Numbered from the stretch's first letter, positions 33,257-44,099 are shown. The stretch is DNA of 64,000 nt from Alphaproteobacteria bacterium (GCA_964291675.2 OZ219866.1:864001-928000), one strand, 5' to 3'. Notes: generated by a model from the letters alone, not told the origin. A program made the numbers and translations.

Positions 33257-34291
33257 TCAGCCCAGCTCGTCGCGCATCATGTCGAGGCTGTCGCGGACCG
33301 GGCGGTCGCTCACCACGAACAGGTCGGCATCGCCGCCCAGCGCCTCGTGCCGCGCCCAGCTCCATTGCGGGATGGTGAACACGTCGTGCCGGGTCCATTC
33401 GACGGTCTCCTCGCCGATCGCCGACCTTCCCGAGCCGGACACGGCCAGGCAGATCTGGCTGCACAGCGACCGCCTCGGCCGCGTCGGCTGGCCCGCCGCG
33501 AGCCGCCGCGCGCAGCAGTCGAGGCTCGGCATCGCCGGCCCGCCGTCGAGCGGGTTGACGTAGCGCGCCGTCTTCGCCCCGTCCTCGCCCACGGGCGCGG
33601 CGTCGAGCAGGCGGCGCGTCGCCGCGCCGGGGTAGCGGTATCTCGGCGAATGGGAAGCGTCATGGCCGTGCCCCTCGGCCTGCAGCCCGGCCTCCTGCCA
33701 CAGCCGTTCGTCGCCCTCGCCGACCTCCCAGAACGCGTTGTCGGCGCGCGACCCGGGCTCGAAGAAATTGGCGTGCAGCGCGTTGACCAGCGGGATGTTG
33801 GCGGCGTCGAACCAGACCGTCCGCTCCGCGCCCTCGTTGATGTGGCCGTGCCAGCACATCGGCGGGGTGAGCACCAGGTCGCCGTCGAGCATCGCGCAGC
33901 GCCGGCCGTTGACGATCGTCACCGCGCCCTCGGCCCTGGTGGCGAAGCGGATCGCCGAGGCGGTGTGCCGGTGCGGCGGCGCCCGGTCGCCGGGCTCCAG
34001 CACGGTGAAGGCGGCGATCAGGTTGCCGGTGGTCACGGTCTCGCCGCCGAAGGCCGGGTGGCAGAGGATCAGCGCCCGGCGTTCGACGTCCTCGGCCCCG
34101 ACCTCGCGCGCGGCGCGCTCGGCGAAGGGCTCGATCTCGCGCCAGCGCCAGATCGCCGCCTTGTCGGGCGCGTCGGGGAGCGCCGGGGTGATCTTCTGGT
34201 AGCGGTCCCAGAGCGGGTGGATGCGCGCGGCCTCCAGCGCCGCGATCAGCGCCGCATCCGCCCGCTCCTCCGGTCCGGCGGGGCCGGACAC
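33257..34291 (-). CDS. cupin ring-cleavage dioxygenase (gentisate 1,2-dioxygenase-like)
   Basis: ERRALILCHP, APPHRHTASAIRF, LTPPMCWHGH, second cupin DVFTIPQW. Confidence 0.85.
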   Translation of the reverse strand: MSGPAGPEERADAALIAALEAARIHPLWDRYQKITPALPDAPDKAAIWRWREIEPFAERAAREVGAEDVERRALILCHPAFGGETVTTGNLIAAFTVLEPGDRAPPHRHTASAIRFATRAEGAVTIVNGRRCAMLDGDLVLTPPMCWHGHINEGAERTVWFDAANIPLVNALHANFFEPGSRADNAFWEVGEGDERLWQEAGLQAEGHGHDASHSPRYRYPGAATRRLLDAAPVGEDGAKTARYVNPLDGGPAMPSLDCCARRLAAGQPTRPRRSLCSQICLAVSGSGRSAIGEETVEWTRHDVFTIPQWSWARHEALGGDADLFVVSDRPVRDSLDMMRDELG

Positions 34292-34295
34292 CGCG

Positions 34296-35222
34296 CTACT
34301 TCTTCTTCGGCCGGATGAACTTGTCGACATTGGCCTTGTCGACCAGGACGTGGCCGACATAGACGCGCGGGTCGTGCTTGCGGCCCTTGAAATGGCCGTC
34401 CATCGTGTCGACCCCGAGGACCCCCCACTTGACCGGGTTGAGCACCACGGTCAGGTCCATCGCGCCGCGCTTGACCGCCCGTACCGCCGGCGGGATGCCG
34501 TTCATCCCGGTGACGATCACGTCCTTCTTCTTGCCCGCCGCCGCGACCGCCTGGGCGGCGCCCATGCCGAGCTCGTCATTGGCGCCGTAGATCGCCTTGA
34601 CGTCGGGATGGGCGACCAGCGCGTCCTCGCCGTGCTTGAGCCCCATCTCCCGGGTCAGCGCGAGCTCCTGCCGGTAGACGACCTCGATGCCGGGGTGGCC
34701 CTTGAGTCCCTCCTCGTAGCCGCGGGCGAAGTTCATGAAGGCCTGCGCGCCGGCGGGGCCGGCGAGCATCGCGACCTTGCCCTTGCCGCCGATCTTCCGC
34801 GCCGTCCACTCGGCGATTTCGCGGCCCACCCGAATCTCGTCCACGGCGATGTGCAATAGCTGCGCCTTGCACGCCGAGCCCCGGGCGATCGCCATCATCG
34901 GGATGTCGGCCTCCTTCGCCTTGTCGAAGGCGCTGCACAGCGCCTTGGCGTCGATGGGCGAGGCCAGTATTCCGTCGACGCCCTTGGCGATCAGGTCGTT
35001 GATGCCGTTGAGCTGGCGGGCCACGTCCTCCTCGGCGGTGACGACGCTCAGCTTGTAGCCGAGCTGCTTGGCGCGGATCTCGATGCCCTTGAGCATCGCG
35101 ATGTAGAACGGGTTGGTGTCGGAAGCGAGCGCCACGCCGATGGTCTTCTCGGCGGCCGTCGCGGCGCCGGCGATGCCCATTGCTGCGACTGCGGCCGCGG
35201 CGATCAACGCTTTGCGGATCAT
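34296..35222 (-). CDS. sugar ABC transporter substrate-binding protein (RbsB-like)
   Basis: Signal peptide; NPFYIAM, DLIAKGVDGI, YGANDELGMGA; GGAGG RBS. Confidence 0.88.
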   Translation of the reverse strand: MIRKALIAAAAVAAMGIAGAATAAEKTIGVALASDTNPFYIAMLKGIEIRAKQLGYKLSVVTAEEDVARQLNGINDLIAKGVDGILASPIDAKALCSAFDKAKEADIPMMAIARGSACKAQLLHIAVDEIRVGREIAEWTARKIGGKGKVAMLAGPAGAQAFMNFARGYEEGLKGHPGIEVVYRQELALTREMGLKHGEDALVAHPDVKAIYGANDELGMGAAQAVAAAGKKKDVIVTGMNGIPPAVRAVKRGAMDLTVVLNPVKWGVLGVDTMDGHFKGRKHDPRVYVGHVLVDKANVDKFIRPKKK

Positions 35223-35523
35223 CTTTTCCTCCCCCTGGAACCGCTCCGGTCGCGGCGATCCGCCAAGCTTGCGCGCAAACGCGCCGCGTGTCGATGGGGT
35301 CGGGGCTGCACGGTCCCTCCGGCCCGCCCATGGATGCCCGGATCGAGTCCACTGCTGTCCGGTTTGCCGTGAAACAGTTTCGGTGGGGGCGCGCGAGGGC
35401 CCCATCCAACGCCGGGAGGGAGTTGGCTGAGATCGCCGGAAGGGGGCGGCGGAGACGAGCGGTGGACTTCCCCGATGTGGCCCGAAGCGGTCCCGCGCGG
35501 CGGTCCGGCGTTATGCGGGCCGG

Positions 35524-36774
35524 TCAGGTGGCCTTGGGTTCGGCGCGCCGGGGTTGGATGTAGCCGTAGCGGCGGAGCATTCGGATCCAGCGCGGGGCGT
35601 TGCGCTTGACCATCAGCGCGTCGTAGTCGGCGGTGCGGTCGTAGTAGGGCCTGCCGGTCTTGAGCACGACATAAACGATGCGCAGCATCTTGTGTGCGCT
35701 GGCCACGATGGCGCGCTTGTATCCGCGCCGGGCGGCGAGCGCGCGGTGGTGGGCCTCGAACTGGCACCCCTTGGTTCGGGCCGCGCCGTGGGCACATTCG
35801 ACGAGGCTGGCGCGCAGCGTCTTGGAGCCCCTTCGGGTGCGCGCGTTGCGGCGCTTTCCGCCGCTTTCGTTGTTGCCGGGGCAGAGCCCGGCCCAGGCGG
35901 CGAAGTGCTGCTTGGAGGCGAACGCCTCGATATCCGGGCCGATCTCGATCAGGATGGTCGAGGCGGCGATGCGGTCGATGCCGGGGATGGTGGTCAGCAG
36001 GCGGAGCTGTTCCTGCCACGGCGTCATCTGCCGGTCGATCTTCTCGCCGTAGGACGCGATGCGCGCCTCGAGCGCGTCATGCTCGTCCAGCAGATCGCCG
36101 AGCATGAAGCGGTCGTTGTCGCCCAGGCTCAGGGAGAGCGCCTCGCCGAGCCCCTCCAGCTTGTTGGCGACGTGGCCGGTGAGCGAGGCGAGGATGACCG
36201 CGCGCGGCGTGGCTTGCGCCAGCCCGTCGAGGATCTTGCGGCCGTTGACGCCGAAGACGTCGGAGAGGATGCCGCCGATGCGCAGGCCGGCGCGGTCGAC
36301 GATCTTCTGCACCCGGTTGCGCACGGTCGAGCGCTGCCTGACCAGGGTGCGCCGCTGGCGGCTCAGCGAGCGCAGCTGCCGGAACGGCTCGGGGGGAACA
36401 TGGGAAGGCGTGCAGAGCCCGAACTGGCACACGCAGGCCAGCCACACGCTGTCGGCGACATCGGTCTTGCGCCCCTTCAACTGCTTGACCTGACGCGCGT
36501 GCACCAGGATCGCTTCGATCCCCGCCGCCTCCACCGCCGCGAAGGGCGCCTGCCAGTAGATCCCGGTCCCTTCCATGACAGCGGCCTCGACGCGGCGACC
36601 GGTCAGCCAGGCGACCATCTCCGCCAGACCGCTCGGAAGCGAGCTGAAGCAGCGCGTCTCCACCACCGGCTCGCCCTCGCCCTCGCACAGGCGAACCGTC
36701 GCGGTGATCTCCATCTTGTGCACGTCCAGACCCGCCGCGCGCGGCCGCACGACGTGCAAGCCTTCCGTCTTCAT
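35524..36774 (-). CDS. IS110-family DEDD recombinase
   Basis: GLDVHK, MEGTGIYW, KTDVADSVWLA, TIPGID, WAGLCPGNNESGGK; GAGGAGG RBS. Confidence 0.95.
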   Translation of the reverse strand: MKTEGLHVVRPRAAGLDVHKMEITATVRLCEGEGEPVVETRCFSSLPSGLAEMVAWLTGRRVEAAVMEGTGIYWQAPFAAVEAAGIEAILVHARQVKQLKGRKTDVADSVWLACVCQFGLCTPSHVPPEPFRQLRSLSRQRRTLVRQRSTVRNRVQKIVDRAGLRIGGILSDVFGVNGRKILDGLAQATPRAVILASLTGHVANKLEGLGEALSLSLGDNDRFMLGDLLDEHDALEARIASYGEKIDRQMTPWQEQLRLLTTIPGIDRIAASTILIEIGPDIEAFASKQHFAAWAGLCPGNNESGGKRRNARTRRGSKTLRASLVECAHGAARTKGCQFEAHHRALAARRGYKRAIVASAHKMLRIVYVVLKTGRPYYDRTADYDALMVKRNAPRWIRMLRRYGYIQPRRAEPKAT

Positions 36775-37122
36775 CGCTGTCCTCCTCGTTGCGCTCTCGC
36801 CACGGCGGCGTAGGATCGCGCCGTGGCATCGCCACGGTGGAGGCGGGGACAGCGGTCGGAAGGACACGCACCCGTCGAGCGGGTGCGGTTCGATTTGCCG
36901 CGCGTCCACGGCCGCGGGCCGGGCACAGTACGGGGTGCGGAGCCGACCGCCGGAAGCAGTTTATATCTCGGGAACCACATCACCGATAAACGGAACGCTC
37001 ACGCGTCGCCGCCTCCACCATTCCCATCCTGCCACGGCAGACCCGCGCGACGATCGGCAAACCCTCAGCCGAACGCCCCGAGTTTCATGCCACGGGGTGG
37101 CTCAGCACCGCCGAGACCATGA
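36775..37122 (-). ncRNA. putative IS110 bridge/seek RNA region
   Basis: ~350-nt upstream non-coding end; closing stem 36836..36850 with 37005..37019; ATATAAAC and CGGCAAA match target and donor; RNA boundaries unknown. Confidence 0.6.
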
Positions 37123-37243
37123 CGGTTTATATGAGTTGGACCGGGCGCAAAGCCTTGTTCCGGGCGGGATATCGGCGCATCCGCCGGATCGGGACACGGA
37201 TCGCCGCACGCCCGCACTTGCCGTCCCTGCCCCTCCGTTGTCA

Positions 37244-37472
37244 CCCCGGCCTCGTTCCGGGCACCCACGGGCGGGGCGGTCCGCCCCCGGCTCCCGTGCT
37301 TCTCCACCGCCACCCCCACCCCGTCATGGCCGGACTTGATCCGGCCACCCATGCGCGGACTTGATCCGCGCAACCACTGGCGCCACCGGTACAACGCCCC
37401 GTCGGGAGGAGCGGCGGCGCCAGTGGATGCCCGGATCACCCCCGGACTTGATCCGGGGGCCGGGGCATGACG
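37244..37472. repeat. 229-bp composite repeat, inverted copy of 21977..22204
   Basis: Near-identical reverse complement by direct reading. Confidence 0.9.
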
Positions 37473-37546
37473 ATGGGGGGAGGCATGGTGGTGGGGCGGG
37501 AAACGCCGGGCGCGACGCGCGTCGAAGGCTAAACCGGACAGCAGTG

Positions 37547-37639
37547 GATCAAGTCCGGGCATGACGAGAGGGGTGTTGGCGCTTCCCCAACCACGTCATG
37601 GCTGGCCCCCGGAACGAGTCCCGGGGGCCAGCCATGACG
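37547..37639. repeat. family A palindromes
   Basis: GATCAAGTCCGGGCATGACG; hairpin CGTCATGGCTGGCCCCCGG...CCGGGGGCCAGCCATGACG. Confidence 0.75.
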
Positions 37640-37663
37640 TGGAGCGGAAAGCCCGGCGGGGGG

Positions 37664-38050
37664 TCAGGCCTGGGAGGACGGCGGCATGGGGCCGCCCGCC
37701 AGCATCGGCCCCAGCCGCTTGCCGGCGAAGACGTGGAAGTGGAGGTGCATCACCTCCTGATGCGCATCGGCGCCGCTATTGGCGAGCACGCGGTAGCCCG
37801 GCCCCGACAGGCCCAGCGCCTCGGCGGTCTCGCCGATGGCGCGGATCAGGGCCGACTGCTCCTCGGCGCTCGCCCGTGCCGCGAAATCCGCCATCGAGAC
37901 ATAGCGCCCCTTGGGGATCACCAGCGCATGGACCGGCGCCTGCGGCGCGATGTCGTGGAACGAGAGCGCGTGGTCGTTCTCGTAGATCTTGTTGCAGGGA
38001 ATTTCACCGCGGACGATCCTGGCGAACACGTTGCCGTCGTCATACGCCAT
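37664..38050 (-). CDS. hinT: histidine triad nucleotide-binding protein
   Basis: [27 protein letters not shown]. Confidence 0.9.
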   Translation of the reverse strand: MAYDDGNVFARIVRGEIPCNKIYENDHALSFHDIAPQAPVHALVIPKGRYVSMADFAARASAEEQSALIRAIGETAEALGLSGPGYRVLANSGADAHQEVMHLHFHVFAGKRLGPMLAGGPMPPSSQA

Positions 38051-38390
38051 CGGCGTTTCCCTTGCTGCGCGCGCGCTTCTCCGCGATCCCCGACACGCCC
38101 TCGCGCCGGGCCAGCTCGGCCCACACGTCTTCCGGCGCGACGCCGGACTCGGCCCAGGCCACCAGCAGGTGGTACAGGAGATCGGCGCTCTCCGCGACGA
38201 CCTCCGCGCGCCGGCCGGCGGCGGCGGCGATCACGGTCTCGACCGCCTCCTCGCCCAGCTTCTGGGCGATCTTGTCCGGTCCGCGCGCGAACAGGCGCGC
38301 GGTGTAGGATTCCTCGGGATCGGCGTCCTTGCGGTCCTCGATCGCCGCGTAGAGCCGATCGAGGACCGCGCTGTCGTCGGTCTTCGCCAT
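38040..38390 (-). CDS. hisE: phosphoribosyl-ATP pyrophosphatase
   Basis: [24 protein letters not shown]. Confidence 0.93.
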   Translation of the reverse strand: MAKTDDSAVLDRLYAAIEDRKDADPEESYTARLFARGPDKIAQKLGEEAVETVIAAAAGRRAEVVAESADLLYHLLVAWAESGVAPEDVWAELARREGVSGIAEKRARSKGNADGV

Positions 38391-38422
38391 GGGCGTTGCA
38401 ATAGCAGATCGGCCCTGCGGGG

Positions 38423-39181
38423 TCACGGACGCACGGCCACGCCGGCCCGCGCCATATGGGCCTTGGCCTCGGCGATGGTGTGGGTGCCGAAATGGAAGAT
38501 CGAGGCGGCGAGCACGCCCGTCGCCCCGCCCTCGCGCACCCCGGCGACCAGGTGGTCGAGCGTGCCGACGCCGCCCGAGGCGATCACCGGCACCCGCACC
38601 GCATCGGCGATGCGCCGCGTGAGGTCGATGTCGAACCCCTCCCCGGTGCCGTCCCGGTCCATCGAGGTGAGCAGGATTTCGCCCGCCCCGTTGCCCTCCA
38701 TCCGCGCCGCCCAGGCGATGGCGTCGATCCCGGTGCCGCGCCGCCCGCCATGGGTGAAGATCTCGAACCCGCCGGGCGCGGACGCCTTGGCGTCGATCGC
38801 GACCACGATGCATTGCGAGCCGAATTTTTGCGCCGCCTCGGCGACGAATTCCGGGCGATGCACGGCGGCGGTGTTGATCGAGACCTTGTCGGCGCCGGCG
38901 ACCAGCAGCTTGCGGATGTCGTCGACCGTGCGCACCCCGCCGCCGACGGTGAGCGGCATGAAGCACTGCTCGGCGGTCCGCTTGACCGCGTCGAACAGCG
39001 TGTCGCGGTTCTCGTGCGAGGCGGCGATGTCGAGAAAGCACAGCTCGTCCGCCCCCTGCGCGTCGTAGATCCGCGCCTGCTCCACCGGATCGCCGGCATC
39101 GACGAGGTCGACGAAATTGACCCCCTTGACGGTGCGCCCGTCCTTCACGTCGAGACAGGGTATGACGCGGGCCTTGAGCAT
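38423..39181 (-). CDS. hisF: imidazole glycerol phosphate synthase HisF
   Basis: [28 protein letters not shown]. Confidence 0.96.
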   Translation of the reverse strand: MLKARVIPCLDVKDGRTVKGVNFVDLVDAGDPVEQARIYDAQGADELCFLDIAASHENRDTLFDAVKRTAEQCFMPLTVGGGVRTVDDIRKLLVAGADKVSINTAAVHRPEFVAEAAQKFGSQCIVVAIDAKASAPGGFEIFTHGGRRGTGIDAIAWAARMEGNGAGEILLTSMDRDGTGEGFDIDLTRRIADAVRVPVIASGGVGTLDHLVAGVREGGATGVLAASIFHFGTHTIAEAKAHMARAGVAVRP

Positions 39182-39183
39182 GG

Positions 39184-39909
39184 TCAGCCGGACAGCAGTC
39201 CGATCGCCTCGGCGGGGTCGATCCGCCCGTCATAGAGCGCGCGGCCGCAGATCACGCCTTCGATGCCCGCTCGCTCGTTGGCCTTGAGCTCGAGCAGGTC
39301 CTGGGTCGAGGACACGCCGCCGGATGCGATGACCGGGGTGGTCAGGGCGAAGGCGAGATCGACGGTCGCCTCGACGTTCAGCCCGCCGAGCGCGCCGTCC
39401 CGGCCGATGTCGGTGTAGATGATCGCGGCCAGGCCGGCGCCCTCGAAGCTGAGCGCGAGATCGAGCGGCTTCACCTCGCTGGTCCTGTACCAGCCCTCGG
39501 TCGCCACGCGCCCGCCGCGCGCGTCGATCCCGATGGCGATCCGGCCGGGGTATTGCCCGCAGGCCTCGCGCACGAAATCGGGATCGTCGAGCGCCGCCGT
39601 GCCGAGAACGGCGCGCGCCACCCCGGCCGCCATCCAGTGGTCGAGGGTCGCCGCGTCGCGGATGCCGCCGCCGAGCTGGACCGGCATGTCGACGGCATCG
39701 AGGATCGCCGCCACCGCATCGGCGTTGACCGGCCGCCCCTCGACGGCGCCGTTGAGGTCGACCACGTGGAGCCATTCGAACCCGGTCGCCGCGAACTCCT
39801 GCGCCTGGTCCGCCGGATCGTGGTTGAACACGGTGGCTTCGGACATCTCGCCGCGCAGCAGGCGGACGCAGAGCCCGTCCTTGATGTCGATGGCCGGGTA
39901 GAGGATCAC
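39184..39909 (-). CDS. hisA: ProFAR isomerase HisA
   Basis: [35 protein letters not shown]. Confidence 0.95.
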   Translation of the reverse strand: MILYPAIDIKDGLCVRLLRGEMSEATVFNHDPADQAQEFAATGFEWLHVVDLNGAVEGRPVNADAVAAILDAVDMPVQLGGGIRDAATLDHWMAAGVARAVLGTAALDDPDFVREACGQYPGRIAIGIDARGGRVATEGWYRTSEVKPLDLALSFEGAGLAAIIYTDIGRDGALGGLNVEATVDLAFALTTPVIASGGVSSTQDLLELKANERAGIEGVICGRALYDGRIDPAEAIGLLSG

Positions 39910-40466
39910 GCGGCGTCTCCGCCCGGTTCGGGCAGCGGCGCGAGATACTTGGTGTAGAAATGACCGGCGATCAGCCTGCCGCCCGCGACCGCATAGGCCG
40001 GGTTGGTGCCCCAGCGGACATAGCCGAGAGACTCGTACAGCGCGATCGCGGCATCCTGGGTCTCCCGCACGTCGAGATTTAGCGCCAGATATCCCCGGTC
40101 GCGCGCCGCGTCCTCGACCGCCAGCGCGAGCATCCGCGCAAGCCCGTGCCCGCGCGCCCAGGGGGCGACGAAATTGGTGGTCGTGTTGGCGGCGAAGGCC
40201 TGGGCCTCGTTGTTGCGCGGCGGCTTGACGAGCTGGGCCGAGCCCGCGATCACGCCGCCATGCCGGCCGACGAAGACCTCCCGCTCGGGCACCAGCAGCA
40301 CGCCCGTCCAGTAGCGTTCGAGCACCTTGCGGGGCGGCGGGGCGAGCCAGCCGAACCCGCCGCCTTCGAGGATCGCGCTCTCGGAGGCGTCGCACAGATC
40401 GGCGAGGTCGCGCGCGGTGAAGCCCGTAGCCCGTTGCACCGAGATCGCCGGGGGGTCGGCGGTCAT
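39906..40466 (-). CDS. GNAT-family N-acetyltransferase
   Basis: FVAPWARGHGLA, LDVRETQDAAIALYESLGY. Confidence 0.85.
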   Translation of the reverse strand: MTADPPAISVQRATGFTARDLADLCDASESAILEGGGFGWLAPPPRKVLERYWTGVLLVPEREVFVGRHGGVIAGSAQLVKPPRNNEAQAFAANTTTNFVAPWARGHGLARMLALAVEDAARDRGYLALNLDVRETQDAAIALYESLGYVRWGTNPAYAVAGGRLIAGHFYTKYLAPLPEPGGDAA

Positions 40467-41098
40467 GGGCGCCACGCGAGAAAGCGGGAGATCAGCGCGA
40501 GCCCGACGCGCTGGCTTTTCTCGGGGTGGAACTGGGTGCCGAGCACGTTGTCCCGGCCGACCGCCGCCGCTATCCGCCCGCCATAGTCGGTCACCGCGAG
40601 CACGTCGCCGGGATCGTCGGGAACCATGGTGTAGGAGTGGACGAAATAGGCGTGGGCGCCGCCGCCGATCCCGGCCAGCACCGGGTGGTCGCGGCACGGC
40701 TCGACCTCGTTCCAGCCCATATGCGGGATCCTGAGCTCGCCGGCGGAGGGGATCGGCACCACCCGTCCGGGAACCCAGCCGAGGCCGGGGTGGACGCCGT
40801 GCTCCTCGCCCGTGGTGGCCATGAGCTGCATGCCGACGCAGATGCCGAGCAGCGGGACGCCGGCATCCGCCCGCTCGCGCAGCGCGGCGACCATCCCGGG
40901 CAGCCGGGAGAGGCCGGTCATGCAGTCGACGAAGGCGCCGACCCCGGGCAGCACGATATGGTGCGCCCGGGCGAGCGCCGCCGCGTCGGCGGTCACCTCG
41001 ACCCGGGGCCGGCCAGGCGCGTCCGCGGCGGCCCGCTCGAAGGCCTTCGCCGCCGAGCGCAGGTTGCCCGACCCGTAATCGACGATGGCGACGGTCAC
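40463..41098 (-). CDS. hisH: imidazole glycerol phosphate synthase HisH
   Basis: DYGSGNL, LPGVGAF, GICVGMQ, PHMGWN, QFHPEKS. Confidence 0.96.
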   Translation of the reverse strand: MTVAIVDYGSGNLRSAAKAFERAAADAPGRPRVEVTADAAALARAHHIVLPGVGAFVDCMTGLSRLPGMVAALRERADAGVPLLGICVGMQLMATTGEEHGVHPGLGWVPGRVVPIPSAGELRIPHMGWNEVEPCRDHPVLAGIGGGAHAYFVHSYTMVPDDPGDVLAVTDYGGRIAAAVGRDNVLGTQFHPEKSQRVGLALISRFLAWRP

Positions 41099-41475
41099 CG
41101 CACCGGCCGCTCGCCGCGTTCGAGAAAGCGCCGCGCCGCGTCGTCCGCGTTGCGCCCGGCGACCACCGCGACCAGCCGCCGGCCCCGCCGCTCGAGCCCG
41201 CGGCAGCGCCAGTCATTGGCGCCGCCGCCGATGAAGACCGAGAGCGCGGCCACGCAGGCGAGCCCGGTGGCCGGGTGGGCGCCGGAAGCGGCGAGCGCCG
41301 CCAGCGCCGCCGCCACCCCGGCAAACAGGGCGAGCGCGGTCCACCACAGCCGGTGCCACGCCGCCCACAGGAAGGAGAACAGCAAGGCGGGCCAGCACAT
41401 GCCTTCCTTGACCAGGGTGACCGCGCGGTCCTCGCCGAGCGAGGCCGGGTCGATATAGGCCGCGTAGATGCGCAT
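41095..41475 (-). CDS. DUF2628 membrane protein
   Basis: VKEGMCWPALLF, WHRLW; typical position between hisB and hisH. Confidence 0.75.
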   Translation of the reverse strand: MRIYAAYIDPASLGEDRAVTLVKEGMCWPALLFSFLWAAWHRLWWTALALFAGVAAALAALAASGAHPATGLACVAALSVFIGGGANDWRCRGLERRGRRLVAVVAGRNADDAARRFLERGERPVR

Positions 41476-42071
41476 CAGCCGCCGCCGAGCGTGCCCTTGG
41501 TGGAGGGGATCGCCGTCGGCGCCCTGGGATCGGTCGCGGTCGCGGCGCGCAGCGCCCGGGCGAGGCCCTTGAAACACGATTCGACGATGTGGTGGTTGTT
41601 CTCGCCATAGATGTTCTCGACATGCAGGGTCGAGCCGGAGGCCTGGGCGAAGGCCTGGAACCACTCCTTGAACAGCTCGGTGTCCATGTCGCCGAGCTTG
41701 GGCCGGGTGAAGACGACCTTCCAGACGAGATAGGGCCGCCCCGAAATGTCGATCGCCACGCGCGACAGGGTCTCGTCCATCGGGATGAGCGCCGAGCCGT
41801 AGCGCGCGATGCCGCCGCGGTCGCCGAGCGCGTCGGACACCGCCTGTCCGATGGCGAGCGCGGTGTCCTCGGTGGTGTGGTGGAAGTCGATGTGGAGGTC
41901 GCCCTCGGCGCGCAGCCTGAGGTCGATCAGGCTGTGCCGCGAGAGCTGTTCCAGCATGTGGTCGAGAAAGCCGATCCCGGTGGCGACGTCGTATCTGCCG
42001 CTGCCGTCGAGACCGACCGAGACCTCGATGCGGGTCTCGCGCGTCTCCCGCGCGAGCGAGGCCGTGCGCAT
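41475..42071 (-). CDS. hisB: imidazoleglycerol-phosphate dehydratase
   Basis: [33 protein letters not shown]. Confidence 0.96.
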   Translation of the reverse strand: MRTASLARETRETRIEVSVGLDGSGRYDVATGIGFLDHMLEQLSRHSLIDLRLRAEGDLHIDFHHTTEDTALAIGQAVSDALGDRGGIARYGSALIPMDETLSRVAIDISGRPYLVWKVVFTRPKLGDMDTELFKEWFQAFAQASGSTLHVENIYGENNHHIVESCFKGLARALRAATATDPRAPTAIPSTKGTLGGG

Positions 42072-42231
42072 CCTGCCTCTCCTGTTCCGGGACGGGCGGT
42101 TGTTTAGCAAATCGGTCACGCCAAGGCTACACGTCACGCCGCTTGACGGCGCCCGCCCCGCCTTGACCTCGCCGGGCCCCGCCCCACATTGTGAGCCTGT
42201 GATGGAACGGCAGCGGCGACGGGGAGGGCGC

Positions 42232-42783
42232 ATGGCGGACCAGCGGGAGCGCCATGCGCTCGACGGCACGACCATTCTCTCGGTCCGCAAGGGCGGCAAG
42301 ACGGTCATCGCCGGCGACGGCCAGGTCACGCTGGGCAGCACCGTGTTCAAGTCGGGCGCGCGCAAGGTGCGCCGGCTCGGCAACGGCGCGGTGATCGCCG
42401 GCTTCGCCGGGGCGACGGCCGACGCCTTCACCCTGTTCGAGCGGCTGGAGGGCAAGCTCGACCAGCATCCCGGCCAGCTGATGCGGGCCTGCGTCGAGCT
42501 CGCCAAGGACTGGCGCACCGACCGCTATCTGCGCCGCCTGGAAGCGATGATGGCGGTAGCGGACGCGGACGCCTCGCTCATCCTGTCCGGCACCGGCGAC
42601 GTGCTGGAGCCCGACGACGGGGTGATCGGCATCGGCTCCGGCGGGCCTTACGCGCTGGCCGCCGCGCGCGCCCTGGTCGACGTCGCCGATCTCGACGCCG
42701 AGGCGGTGGCGCGCCGGGCGATGAAGATCGCCGCCGACATCTGCATCTACACCAACGAGAACATCGTCATCGAGAGCATCTGA
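42232..42783 (+). CDS. hslV: ATP-dependent protease subunit HslV
   Basis: Propeptide then [28 protein letters not shown]. Confidence 0.95.
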   Translation: MADQRERHALDGTTILSVRKGGKTVIAGDGQVTLGSTVFKSGARKVRRLGNGAVIAGFAGATADAFTLFERLEGKLDQHPGQLMRACVELAKDWRTDRYLRRLEAMMAVADADASLILSGTGDVLEPDDGVIGIGSGGPYALAAARALVDVADLDAEAVARRAMKIAADICIYTNENIVIESI

Positions 42784-42788
42784 CCGCC

Positions 42789-44099
42789 TTGACCAATTTC
42801 AGCCCCCGCGAGATCGTCTCGGAACTCGACCGCTATATCGTCGGCCAGGACGACGCCAAGCGCGCGGTCGCCATCGCGCTGCGCAACCGCTGGCGCCGCC
42901 AGCAGCTCGACGACGAGCTGCGCGACGAGGTGCTGCCCAAGAACATCCTGATGATCGGCCCGACCGGCGTCGGCAAGACCGAGATCGCGCGCCGCCTGGC
43001 CCGGCTCGCCCAGGCGCCCTTCCTCAAGGTCGAGGCGACCAAGTTCACCGAGGTCGGCTATGTCGGGCGGGACGTGGAGCAGATCGTCCGCGACCTGGTC
43101 GAGATCGCCATCCACATGGTGCGCTCGCGCCAGCGCAAGGAGGTCGAGGCGAAGGCCGAGATCGCCGCCGAGGAGCGCGTGCTGGACGCGCTGGTGGGCG
43201 AGAAGGCGAGCGCCGAGACGCGCCAGAAGTTCCGCACGCTGCTGCGCGAGGGCAAGCTCGACGACAAGGAGATCGAGATCGACGTCACCGACAGCGGCTC
43301 CTCCTCGCTGCCGACCTTCGAGATCCCCGGCATGCCGGGCGCCCAGATGGGGATGGTCAATCTCGGCGACATCTTCGGCAAGGCGTTCGGCGGGCGCACC
43401 ACGCCGCGCAAGATGACGGTGGGGGATTCGCACGACGTGCTGGTCGACGAGGAGGCCGACAAGCTGCTCGACGAGGACGCGGTGGTGCGCGAGGCGATCG
43501 ACAGCGTCGAGCAGAACGGCATCGTGTTCCTCGACGAGATCGACAAGATCTGCGCCCGGTCCGACCGCTACGGCGCCGATGTCAGCCGCGAGGGGGTGCA
43601 GCGCGACCTGCTGCCGCTGATCGAGGGCACCACGGTGGCGACCAAGCACGGCACGGTGGAGACCAACCACATCCTGTTCGTCGCCTCGGGCGCCTTCCAC
43701 CTCGCCAAGCCGTCGGACCTGCTGCCCGAGCTGCAGGGCCGCCTGCCCATCCGGGTCGAGCTCAAGGCGCTGACGGAGGACGATTTCAGGCGCATCCTCA
43801 CCGAGCCCGAGACCAGCCTGATCCGCCAATACGTGGCCCTGATGGGGACCGAGGACGTGACGCTCGACTTCGCGGAGGATGCGATCAGCGAGATCGCCCA
43901 TGTCGCCGCCGAGGTCAACCGGTCGGTGGAGAATATCGGCGCGCGCCGCCTGCAAACCGTGATGGAGCGCCTGCTCGACGAGATCAGCTTCACCGCGACC
44001 GACCGGTCGGGCGAGAGCGTCAGCATCGACGCCGGTTACGTGCGCGAACGCGTCGCCGACCTCGCCAAGGACGCCGATCTCTCGAAATACATCCTGTAG
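42789..44099 (+). CDS. hslU: ATP-dependent protease ATPase HslU
   Basis: [26 protein letters not shown]. Confidence 0.97.
   Translation: MTNFSPREIVSELDRYIVGQDDAKRAVAIALRNRWRRQQLDDELRDEVLPKNILMIGPTGVGKTEIARRLARLAQAPFLKVEATKFTEVGYVGRDVEQIVRDLVEIAIHMVRSRQRKEVEAKAEIAAEERVLDALVGEKASAETRQKFRTLLREGKLDDKEIEIDVTDSGSSSLPTFEIPGMPGAQMGMVNLGDIFGKAFGGRTTPRKMTVGDSHDVLVDEEADKLLDEDAVVREAIDSVEQNGIVFLDEIDKICARSDRYGADVSREGVQRDLLPLIEGTTVATKHGTVETNHILFVASGAFHLAKPSDLLPELQGRLPIRVELKALTEDDFRRILTEPETSLIRQYVALMGTEDVTLDFAEDAISEIAHVAAEVNRSVENIGARRLQTVMERLLDEISFTATDRSGESVSIDAGYVRERVADLAKDADLSKYIL

Larger units (their letters stand above)
35366..37128 (-). mobile_element. IS110-family insertion sequence (~1763 bp)
   Basis: Shared CGGTTT at both junctions (35360..35365, 37123..37128); removing it restores the 17-bp MITE TIR. 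Confidence 0.8.
35350..37546. mobile_element. non-autonomous TIR element (MITE, ~434 bp without the IS110) inserted in a family A palindrome
   Basis: TIRs CACTGCTGTCCGGTTT (35350) and TAAACCGGACAGCAGTG (37530..37546); flanking 9-bp repeats GATCGAGTC (35341) and GATCAAGTC (37547); flanks rejoin into an intact REP. Confidence 0.7.

Noticed and set aside
35361-35376. parS-like GGTTTGCCGTGAAACA (13/16)
   Set aside because: Left arm is broken; the sequence is the IS110 right end plus junction
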